64,000 nt of DNA, taken from contig CBDBFU010000020.1 in NCBI GenBank assembly GCA_965205025.1, positions 128,001 through 192,000 of the forward strand, given 5' to 3'. Source of the DNA: Candidatus Poribacteria bacterium. Its GTDB lineage: Bacteria; Poribacteria; WGA-4E; WGA-3G. Within the stretch, counting starts at the first letter, position 1. Each line of letters opens with the position of its first letter. The translations under genes and the position numbers were made by a program. The notes beneath the pieces are model-generated. The model searched no databases, was not told the DNA's origin, and saw only the letters and a program-made list of their open reading frames with translations. Below, piece by piece: positions 1 through 9,367 of the stretch.

Positions 1-29
1 AAACTGTTGCAATTGCTGAGGAGATTATT

Positions 30-2093
30 ATGGAACATAAACGAACCTATAGTATGAATCAAATGAAGTCTGTTGATACAGATGCAACAACTTGGAAACT
101 GCCCGAAGGTGCGATCGGCAGATTAGCGCGAGGACGAGTAGAGGATATGTCCTTTTCGGCAGATGGTAAATACCTTGCTGTCGCAACACCGATCGGTTGT
201 TGGTTGTATGACCGATCATCGCTGAAACCGCTAGCGTTATTTGATACAGAATGCGGTATGCTTGATACCATTGCCTTTTCACACGACACGCAGTTGATTG
301 CCACCAGTAATAAAGATGGTGTTGTGAAGGTATGGGATACACAAACGCTAAAGTGCCTTGCGAAGATAGACCATCGCAAGAATGTAGAAGCAACGACCGG
401 GTATTTTTGGAATCTCTGTTTTTCACATGATAATCAATACTTAGCCGCCTCCTGTTTTGAGGAACAAAATGTTATCTACGCGTGGCAAAAAAACACTGAC
501 GAACCTGCGATTTGCTTCTCTATTGACTTAGAAGGAAAGGCTAAACGCGACCTGCCTATCTGTTTTTCTCCGATAGGGAATCTATTTGCTTACGTGTCCG
601 CTGAAAATCACCGTAACACTCTTACTATTTCCGATATAGAGACCGGTGAACATATCACACATCTTAGTCAATCCTCGGCACTGTCTAAATACCGCTATCT
701 CGTCTTTTCTCCTTGTGGACAATATATTGCTACTACTAATCGGAACAAAGAGGTGTTAGTGTGGAATGTTTACAACGGCACTTTAGAAACCGAACCAACT
801 ACTTATGATAGAGGAGGGATAAGCCCTGCCTATACACCTGATGGCACACTGCGCGTTGCCGAATATTATTATAGTAAAGTTGTGATATGGGATGCTGTCC
901 GAAAAGAAAAAATAGATACTTTTGAATGTCGGAAACACCGACATAGTCGTTTTTCAAGCGATGGGGCACACATCGCAACGATCCTCTCCCGTAGTGAACT
1001 TTGCGTATGGACAGTCGGTTTGCCGTCAACCAAAGTTTCAAGTCCCGCTGATCATAAACCTGTTCCACACTCGGTTGCTTTTTCTAACAACGGTAAGACA
1101 TTAGCAAGCGGACACGCGTTTGGTATGTATCAGGTATTCTGGAATGTGGCACAGCGAAAAACAGAACAGATATTTCCAACGCCGAAGATACAAGCACAAC
1201 GCACAGCTCTCACTGAAAAACTCACAGTAGAAGAGAAACGGCAGTGGTATCATCGTCTTAGTGCCTTGTCGCCTTGTTGGGAAAAACTGGCACTTTGCGA
1301 CCTTCCAAAAGGATCAATTGAAATCTGGAATATTGCGTCTGAAACCCTCATCACAAAACTCTCGGACAGTACGGGATTTGGGCGTGAAATGCGCTTTTCA
1401 CCTACAGGTGAACATTTCATAGGCGCAGCGCCCACAGGTGATATCGGTGTCTGGGATATACAGTCCGATAAAAAAGTCAATACACTCACAGGACATACGA
1501 ATTTTATACGAACAGTAGCTTTCCACCCGGAAGGTAAACAACTCGCAACCGTCGCCCAGGACATAACTGCAAGACTGTGGGATATTGTCAGCGGTGAACA
1601 GGTTGGAGTGTTTCCAACTGAACTACCAGAAGATCTCTCTCTTTATAGAGGGGACCCAGAGCAGATACACCAATATATTGAAAAATATAAAAAAATAGGG
1701 AGACGCTATAAGTGTAACCCCCACAAACTTGCCTTTTCACCTTGTGGTACGATGATCGCCTGCGGAATACAGGAACATATTCGGTTGCGGGATGCAGCAT
1801 CCTTAGAAACGCGTATGCTCATACTACTACCCGAAACGTGTAGCAGACCGTTTGCGCTTACATTTTCACCCTGCGGAAAATACCTCGTTTCCGGGTCCTG
1901 GTGGAAAAAAGGATTGGAGAAAGTGTCCATACGAATATGGGAAGTCGAAACCGGTCAAAATATACATACTTTCTGGGGACATACTACGGATGTGCAGGAT
2001 CTCGCTTTCACACCGGATGGCAAACTCTTGGCAAGTGGTAGTTATGATGGAACTGTCCTGCTTTGGGATATTAAACCGTTTATCAACTCATAA
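30..2093 (+). CDS. WD40-repeat beta-propeller protein
   Basis: Repeated xFSPDG...WD units (e.g. GHTTDVQDLAFTPDGKLLASGSYDGTVLLWD); GAGGAG RBS before ATG; no signal peptide visible. Confidence 0.93.
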   Translation: MEHKRTYSMNQMKSVDTDATTWKLPEGAIGRLARGRVEDMSFSADGKYLAVATPIGCWLYDRSSLKPLALFDTECGMLDTIAFSHDTQLIATSNKDGVVKVWDTQTLKCLAKIDHRKNVEATTGYFWNLCFSHDNQYLAASCFEEQNVIYAWQKNTDEPAICFSIDLEGKAKRDLPICFSPIGNLFAYVSAENHRNTLTISDIETGEHITHLSQSSALSKYRYLVFSPCGQYIATTNRNKEVLVWNVYNGTLETEPTTYDRGGISPAYTPDGTLRVAEYYYSKVVIWDAVRKEKIDTFECRKHRHSRFSSDGAHIATILSRSELCVWTVGLPSTKVSSPADHKPVPHSVAFSNNGKTLASGHAFGMYQVFWNVAQRKTEQIFPTPKIQAQRTALTEKLTVEEKRQWYHRLSALSPCWEKLALCDLPKGSIEIWNIASETLITKLSDSTGFGREMRFSPTGEHFIGAAPTGDIGVWDIQSDKKVNTLTGHTNFIRTVAFHPEGKQLATVAQDITARLWDIVSGEQVGVFPTELPEDLSLYRGDPEQIHQYIEKYKKIGRRYKCNPHKLAFSPCGTMIACGIQEHIRLRDAASLETRMLILLPETCSRPFALTFSPCGKYLVSGSWWKKGLEKVSIRIWEVETGQNIHTFWGHTTDVQDLAFTPDGKLLASGSYDGTVLLWDIKPFINS

Positions 2094-2959
2094 AGATTTC
2101 TTGTCAATTCATTTATAGCATAGCATATCAATACCGGTTGCATTGCCCAACTTTATCAGTCAATTTCGCATAACATATTGTAGTGCGAAGTTACCGAGCT
2201 TCGCGTGCCATATAACAATAAGAGGAGATATATTATGGAAAATAGAAAACCTATAACCCCTACATTTAGACCTATCCACGACGCGGATGTGACAACTTGG
2301 AAACTTCCTGATGGTGCAATTGCCCGATTAGGACGAGGAGTTATACGTGACATTTCGATTTCTTCAGAAAAGAGAATTTTCGCTTTGGCAACTCACATTG
2401 GCACCTGGGTGTATGAACTTGATACTATGCAGCCCATTGCTTTATTGGACACCGAACGAGGCATGGTCATGACCGTTACGCTTTCTAACGACGGACAATG
2501 GATTGCTACCCATAACTGGGATGGTATTATAAAGGTATATGAAACAGATTCCCAACAGTGTGTTGCGAAAATACAAGGATGGTACAAAAGCACTTCCATA
2601 CTTACTTTCTCACCAGATAATCAATACATTGCTGCATCCGGATATTACTACGGAGACATATATGTTTGGTGTACAGAAACAGGCAACCATATCACAAGAT
2701 TCAAAGCGGAAGGTAGGATAGAAGGAAAACTGAAGAAAGATGAACGATATCCTTCTCGTTACCCTCTCTGCTTTTCATCTGACGGGCAACTACTCGCGTA
2801 TGCATCTACAAAGTACACCATCACTGTCCGTCACATTAATACGAAAGAACATAAAGCATTTATGACCACAACGCTCCATTTGTCCTGCGACAGCTATATA
2901 TATATGGTCTCGCCTTCTCACCATGTAGCCAATTTCTTGCTGCAAGTATTCGGGATCTA

Positions 2960-3864
2960 TAGTAAACTTTAGAATTAATGATACATGTTTATAACTTCAT
3001 CAATGGTTATATCAGCATTGTATTCTCTGAGACGTTTGATATTCGCAAAGTCGTGTTCAATCGGGTTGTAGTCCGGTGAATAAGGTGGCAAAAACAATAC
3101 CTCTGCTCCCGATGCTTCTATCAACTCACGCGTCCGAAGCGTCTTGTGGATCTTCGCATTATCAAGAACAACCACGTCTGAGACAGACAGCCGTGGACAT
3201 AAATAGGCTTCAAGCCACGCATTGAAACACGCAGAATCGCAGCTTCCATCAAACAAACAAGGTGCCGTAAAAGTCGAACCGATACGCGCTGCGACCAGCG
3301 TCGTTGTTCGTGTTCTTGTGCCTGAGATCAAACCTAAGACACATTCACCTTTCGGGGCATAGCCATGACGCCTATAACTTTCAGCACGAAAACCGCATTC
3401 ATCAACATAAACTATCTTTTTACCAGCGGCGTGTTTCTCGGTGAGTGTCTGACGGTAGCCCCTCCGTTTCTCATCGCACCGCTCCTTATATCCGATTGTT
3501 TTTTTTTCGTGTGATGCCGAGTTTCCGCAACCCATAGGCTATAGAAGACTCTGAAACACCGAAATGTGAGGCGCGTTCGTTTTGCGTCAAGTCTGGGAAA
3601 TCAGCGACATGTTTTTTCAGTGCTGCCTCGTCAAGCACTCTCATGCTTTTGGGCCCCGGTTTTTGGGTCGAAAGCGGGTCTTCAGCGGCTAACCATCTAT
3701 AAATCGTTGAACGATTCAGAGAAAAACGACGGGCAGCTTCGGCTTTTTTCCCGCCAGCTTCAATAAAATCTAAAACGCGTTTGCGTAAATCTGTTGAATA
3801 TGCCATAATAGACACATTCTACTACAAAATACAAAAAATGTCTCTTTAATTCTGATGGTCACTA
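2960..3864 (-). mobile_element. IS630-family insertion sequence (~905 bp)
   Basis: Imperfect TIRs TAGTAAACTTTAGAATTAATGATACAT / TAGTGACCATCAGAATTAAAGAGACAT; TA duplicated at 2958-2959 and 3865-3866; encodes HTH and DDE ORFs. Confidence 0.92.
2975..3815 (-). CDS. IS630 transposase (HTH ORF 3486-3815 and DDE ORF 2975-3535, joined by probable programmed frameshift)
   Basis: MAYSTDLRKRV HTH start; VYVDECG, VVLDNAKIH and FLPPYSPDYNPIE DDE motifs; A9 run on the minus strand at 3499-3507 where the ORFs overlap. Confidence 0.9.
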
Positions 3865-5249
3865 TAAATACACGTGAGAACATTGAGGTACAAGTATGGA
3901 ATATTGACACAGAGACCTTAGAGACTACCTACAAAGACTTTGGAGGAAGACGAGTGATTCCCGCTTATTCACCTGAAGGAACATTGCAGATTGCCGATGT
4001 TTATGAAGAAAAGGTGGTGATGTGGAACGTATCTCAAGAAAAGAAACTTGACACAATTGAATATCATGGAGAGAATCGATCAGTATGTCTTTCTACTGAT
4101 GGACGACAGCTGGCTATTGCCACTAACCGAGAGATCCGAATATTGGAAACTGATTCTATCAAAGTAATATCATTTCCTGAACCTATTTCTCCATCCGACT
4201 CAATGTTCTTCTCTCAATCTGATAATATTTTAGTTTGCAAGTACTGGAGCGAAAGTAATATCATTTTCTGGGATGTTGTTCAGAAACAAGTGATACCTTC
4301 TCCAATCAAAGCAATAAGCGGCGGCAAAAAGTGTGCATTGTCTCCTTGTGAAGAACTTTTGGCTGTCATTGGAGAAAATAGGCAAATCCTTGAAATTTGG
4401 AATATCGCCACTGGTGCTCAAATAGCTGAACTCTCCGAACATCAGAGTAGTATTTCCTGTTTAGTGTTTTCGCCTACAAGTGAATACCTCATCAGTGGAG
4501 ATGGAGATGGAAAACTTACTGTATGGAGTGTCCAAGATTGGGAAAAGCAGCATGCATTCAATGCACATACAGATGTGGTTAAGTCAGCATCCTTTCACCC
4601 TAATGGTGAAAAAATCGTTACCACCGCTTGGGATGGACCTGTCCATCTATGGGAGGTTAGGAGTGGTAAGCAACTTGGTTCACCAACTGTAGACTTCACT
4701 TTAGAAGATGCTTCTCTGTATAAGGGGGTACAGAGCGAAATCCAACGTCGTTTCAGACTGAAATCGAAAACGGAATGGATATGTTCTGTTACCTTTTCAC
4801 CTTCTGGTACACTGATCGCTGGTGGGTTGTGGGGTGAGATTCGTTTTTGGGATGCATCAACTTTGGTACCTCGTATGGGAATAATTCTACCAGAAAGTTG
4901 CTGGCGTGTTGGTCCAGTTGTATTTTCCCCATGTGGAGGATATCTCGCATCTGGTTCTTGGTGGAACGATACAGACAAAGTATCCATCCGTATATGGAAG
5001 GTAGACACTGGTGAAAATATCCACACTTTCTGGGGACATTCCTCAGATGTTCAAAATCTCACTTTTTCAAAGAATGGAGAACTCTTGGCAAGTAGCAGCT
5101 ATGAAGGTTCTATCCTGCTTTGGGATATGAAACCTTATCTGTAGATTTCAGAAAATTCAATGATGTAATATCTCAGGCATTGCGAAAAAGTGAAGGTTTT
5201 GCGTGATCTACATTTCCTTCTCGCTATAATAAATAAGGAGACAACTTTG

Positions 5250-7409
5250 ATGTACACAAATCAGACTGATGGTATAGATATAACTACTTGGAATCTCCCA
5301 GCGGGCGCGACTGCCCGTTTAGGAACGGGTTGGATAAGTGGGGGTATGACATTTTCACCAGATGGTGAGTCCCTTGTTGTTGCTTCAACTATTGGTTGCT
5401 GGTGGTATGACCTAAATACAATGAAACTTAGCAAATGGTGGAATACCGATCAAGGTGTGCTATTTGACATCGCCTTTTCACAAGATGGTCAATGGATTGC
5501 TACTGGAAACTGGAATGGTACCGTGAAAATTTGGGATACACAAAACCTGCAGTGTGTTGCTTTCATAGATTTACCTAAAAATCCGGAAGGTGTACTGGGA
5601 TTATCCCGAGATCTACTCTTTTCACAAGATGGGAAATACATTACGCGTTCTAACTTTATATCACGAGATTATGGTAGCGGTCAACATTTTACTGTTTACG
5701 ATTGGCAGGCAGATACTGATACTCCATTTAAGAGTCTTCCTGTTCAACCGGAACCAGGTAATATAAACATACGTCCAATAGCTCTTTCATCAGACGGAAG
5801 TCTAATCGCATATACTTCTGAAGCAAATATAACATCAGTTGTGGATATAGAGACAGGGGAACTGATTGCAAAACTACGTGATGATTATTCTGATACTTCA
5901 AAAGTTGGATGTGATCAATTAGTCTTTTCTCCGTGTGGACAATACCTTGCTGCTTCCAATCACGGTAACAAAGTTCACATCTGGAATGTTAAAAACGGCA
6001 CTCTGGCAATGGATCCAACAATCTATGACGACAAACGACAGTTAGATAGAAGCGTTCCTGCCTATGCACCTAATGGAAACTTACAAGTTGCTGGTTTCTC
6101 AAGGAATGAGGTGGTAATCTGGGATGCAACGCAGCAAGAAACGGTGGACACCTTTGAATTTCCAAGACCATTTGGTAGTTTTTCACGAGATGGAACTCGA
6201 TTCGCCACTCGAAATAGATGCGGAGAACTACAGGTGTGGACACGAGATAACCCATCAACGGTTCAGTCCCTTCCGACGCATATATCAAGAGGCGTAACTG
6301 CTGTTAAATTTTCCAAAGACTCTCGTAAACTACTGAGTGCTAATGATTTTTCAGGTTATAGATTATGGGATGTTACGAACCGACAAGTGAAACAGAAAAT
6401 CCATCTTGCACATCCAGAATCACCTGGTAAAATATCTTTATCCAGAAGTAAGAGACTCCTCGCTGTCTTAGAAGAAAGTCGTGTTGTTAGAGTTTGGGAT
6501 TTAGATGCAGATATACTGTTTGCAGAACTCAATGAAGAATATAAAGGAGTGAGATGGATGACGTTCTCTCCGTGTGAAGAATATCTTGTCACTACCAATA
6601 TTCGAAAAATCATCAATATCTGGCATCTTGAATCCAGCAAACGAATTGCTGAATTAACGCAAAATCCATCAAGAATCGTTAGAATGGGTTTTTCACCAGA
6701 CGGTGAACATTTTGTTAGTTTCTATGGTGATAGCTTCACAATATGGGATGCAACGCAGTGGAAAAAACGACACCACATTCAAAATCCAATTGTGCAAAGC
6801 GATATGCAAATCTCTAAACGTTGGCAATTATTGTTACCTTCAAACAAGAAACAGGTGTTCATAGTGCCACGGGTCGGTCCAATTCTCGTATGGGATCTAA
6901 AAAGCGGAGAGCAAGTCGGTTCACTGGATACATCAATATGTTCTGATCAATCATTGTATACAGGTACATCACAAGATATTCAACGTTTTCACGAACAACC
7001 AGATTCTGAAACGCAACGACTCTGGGGTAATCTCAGGTTATCTCCTTGTGGTACACGCATTGCTGCTGTGATTAGAAGGGCGGGGAAAAACGAAATCCGA
7101 TTATGGGATTCAACTACCTTAGAAACCTGTATGGTCATAATTCCACCTTCAGGATGTCAGAGACCACAGTCCCATACGTTTTCACCTTGTGGTAAATACC
7201 TTGCTGTAGGTGCACAATGGCAAAAAGGACAAGAATGGATATCGATCTATCTGTTGGATGTTAATACAGGTGAAAATATACATACCTTCTTGGGACATCC
7301 TACAGATGTTTGGTCACTCAGTTTTTCACCGGATGGTAAACTTCTGGCAAGTGGCAGTTATGATGGCACTATCCTGCTCTGGGATATAACACCATTCATC
7401 AATTCATAA
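5250..7409 (+). CDS. WD40-repeat beta-propeller protein
   Basis: AAGGAG RBS before ATG 5250; same N-terminal motif (DITTWNLPAGATARLG) and C-terminus (SGSYDGTILLWDITPFINS) as gene 30-2093. Confidence 0.92.
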   Translation: MYTNQTDGIDITTWNLPAGATARLGTGWISGGMTFSPDGESLVVASTIGCWWYDLNTMKLSKWWNTDQGVLFDIAFSQDGQWIATGNWNGTVKIWDTQNLQCVAFIDLPKNPEGVLGLSRDLLFSQDGKYITRSNFISRDYGSGQHFTVYDWQADTDTPFKSLPVQPEPGNINIRPIALSSDGSLIAYTSEANITSVVDIETGELIAKLRDDYSDTSKVGCDQLVFSPCGQYLAASNHGNKVHIWNVKNGTLAMDPTIYDDKRQLDRSVPAYAPNGNLQVAGFSRNEVVIWDATQQETVDTFEFPRPFGSFSRDGTRFATRNRCGELQVWTRDNPSTVQSLPTHISRGVTAVKFSKDSRKLLSANDFSGYRLWDVTNRQVKQKIHLAHPESPGKISLSRSKRLLAVLEESRVVRVWDLDADILFAELNEEYKGVRWMTFSPCEEYLVTTNIRKIINIWHLESSKRIAELTQNPSRIVRMGFSPDGEHFVSFYGDSFTIWDATQWKKRHHIQNPIVQSDMQISKRWQLLLPSNKKQVFIVPRVGPILVWDLKSGEQVGSLDTSICSDQSLYTGTSQDIQRFHEQPDSETQRLWGNLRLSPCGTRIAAVIRRAGKNEIRLWDSTTLETCMVIIPPSGCQRPQSHTFSPCGKYLAVGAQWQKGQEWISIYLLDVNTGENIHTFLGHPTDVWSLSFSPDGKLLASGSYDGTILLWDITPFINS

Positions 7410-7468
7410 GATATTGTATATTTTTAACTTGAAAAGAAAACAAATTCAATTTAGACTAAGGATTCGAT

Positions 7469-9316
7469 ATGCTTACTAAAACTTCTTTACAGAACTATCC
7501 TGAAGAAAACCTTATCTCTTTACCACCTAAAGCGATGGCTCGATTTGGCAGAGGAAGCGTCTCTGCTACTGCCGTTTCTCCCGATGGAAATACGCTTGCT
7601 GTAGCATCTCGGATTGGTGTGTGGCTTTATAATGCTCATACTGATGATTTTATAAAACTAATTGCTATAGAAGGCACAGGACTCCTTTCCAAGGTTACTT
7701 TTTCTCCCGATAGCACCCAAATTGCTATAGGAGATTGGGATGGTATTGCATCATTGTGGGATGTTGATTCTGGAGAAATGCATGCTACCTTTACGAATAC
7801 AGACTATGTGACTTCAGTCGCTTTTTCCCCAGATGGGAAACTTTTGGCGACTGCTACTCGGGATGGTAATGCAACATTATGGGATATTGATACTGAGGTA
7901 GAACGTTGGACGATTACCCACACAGATCGTGTGTCTGCAGTCGCTTTTTCTCCAGATGGATTACTTTTAGCAACCAGTAGTTGGGATAGTACAGCAAATT
8001 TCTGGGATGTTGAAACGGGTGAAAATCGTAGATGTTTTACCCATCAGAAGAAGGAGGTGAATATCTCATTTGACACAGGGCATGTTGAAACTTTTAATAA
8101 CTTTGGAATCAATTGCATTGCCTTTTCTCCAAATGGAAGATATTTTGCCACAGGTGATCGTATTGTAGGTGATTTAGAGGGTTTTACGACATTGTGGGAT
8201 GTTGAAAGTGGTGAAGTATTGTGGAATTTTACACATGAAAAATCGGCAACATCTTTTACTTTCTCAACAGACAATAGGTATATGGCAACTCGTTTTTCAG
8301 GGGGAGATATTGATGTGCGTTGTATTACCGATTGCACATCAGCAACATATCAAGAAGGGGAATGGACTATAGATAAAAAGCAATCTCCTTCAAACCACCC
8401 ACGAGGATTATACGGTTGGCTTGTTAATTTTTCACCGGATGGGAAGCATTTAGCTGCTGTAGAAGAAAGTTCTTCACTTAAGATATGGGACATAGAATCT
8501 GGGACAAACATAAGGTCAATTGATCAGGATATTTTACAGGCAAAAGATATGACATTTTCACCCGAAGGACACTGGGTTGGGGTGAGTCGTGCATCAAATA
8601 GTGCTACATTTTGGAATGAACAGGAACAAACAATTGACTTTCCACATGAAGACATAATATCCACAGCTATTTCACCTGATACACAGTTTGTAGCAACAGG
8701 TGGTCGAGATAAAAAGGTCTATTTATGGGATAGAGCAACACAAAAACTGGTGAATACACTTTCTGGTCATACAGGACCAATTATTCACCTTGCGTTTTCA
8801 CCTGATAGCAAACATTTAGTAAGTACAGGTGGTCGTGTAGTGGAAATACGAGAAGAAGATGGAGTCGAATATATGATCGCGAATGCGGATGATCATATAG
8901 ATCAAACAGCAAAAGTTTGGAATATTGAAACAGGTATTGAGATCGCTACACTTACACATTCTTTCTCCATCGATGTGGTTGTCTTCTCTCCAGATAATAT
9001 GTATCTGGCGACTACGTCAGGTACAGATGTATATTTATGGGATACCAAAACGTGGCAGAAGAATATAACACTTGAAACAGTAAGAGTTGAGTCGCTTGTG
9101 TTTTCACCAGATTGTACTTTTCTTGCCGTTGGAGGAGCAGGCAAGAAACCTCAAATCCAGATATGGAATGTAGAAACAACCCAACTTGTTGTAGAATTCC
9201 CTGGACACAAGAGTGATGTAGAGTCTGTTACCTTTTCTCCTGACGGCACACTATTAGCAAGTGGAGGTTTTGATGGGGTCATCTACTTGTGGGATATGAA
9301 ACCTTACCTGAGTTAA
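7469..9316 (+). CDS. WD40-repeat beta-propeller protein
   Basis: Canonical VAFSPDG...LWD repeats; ends SGGFDGVIYLWDMKPYLS. Confidence 0.93.
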   Translation: MLTKTSLQNYPEENLISLPPKAMARFGRGSVSATAVSPDGNTLAVASRIGVWLYNAHTDDFIKLIAIEGTGLLSKVTFSPDSTQIAIGDWDGIASLWDVDSGEMHATFTNTDYVTSVAFSPDGKLLATATRDGNATLWDIDTEVERWTITHTDRVSAVAFSPDGLLLATSSWDSTANFWDVETGENRRCFTHQKKEVNISFDTGHVETFNNFGINCIAFSPNGRYFATGDRIVGDLEGFTTLWDVESGEVLWNFTHEKSATSFTFSTDNRYMATRFSGGDIDVRCITDCTSATYQEGEWTIDKKQSPSNHPRGLYGWLVNFSPDGKHLAAVEESSSLKIWDIESGTNIRSIDQDILQAKDMTFSPEGHWVGVSRASNSATFWNEQEQTIDFPHEDIISTAISPDTQFVATGGRDKKVYLWDRATQKLVNTLSGHTGPIIHLAFSPDSKHLVSTGGRVVEIREEDGVEYMIANADDHIDQTAKVWNIETGIEIATLTHSFSIDVVVFSPDNMYLATTSGTDVYLWDTKTWQKNITLETVRVESLVFSPDCTFLAVGGAGKKPQIQIWNVETTQLVVEFPGHKSDVESVTFSPDGTLLASGGFDGVIYLWDMKPYLS

Positions 9317-9367
9317 TTCGTAAACTATTTAGCATCTATCCTTCTAACATCACACACTACTTAATAA

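Larger units (their letters stand above)
2235..5144 (+). pseudogene. WD40-repeat protein gene, disrupted by IS630 insertion and a +2 frameshift
   Basis: AGGAG RBS before ATG 2235. Removing one TA from the (TA)5 run at 2895-2904, plus the IS and one TA, gives a continuous frame ...DSYIYGLAFSPCSQFLAASIRDL-NTRENIEVQVWN... ending WDMKPYL. Confidence 0.88.

Noticed and set aside
30-9316. WD40 array as a diversity-generating retroelement target
   Set aside because: No reverse transcriptase in the window; differences between the similar 3' ends are largely synonymous and not adenine-specific
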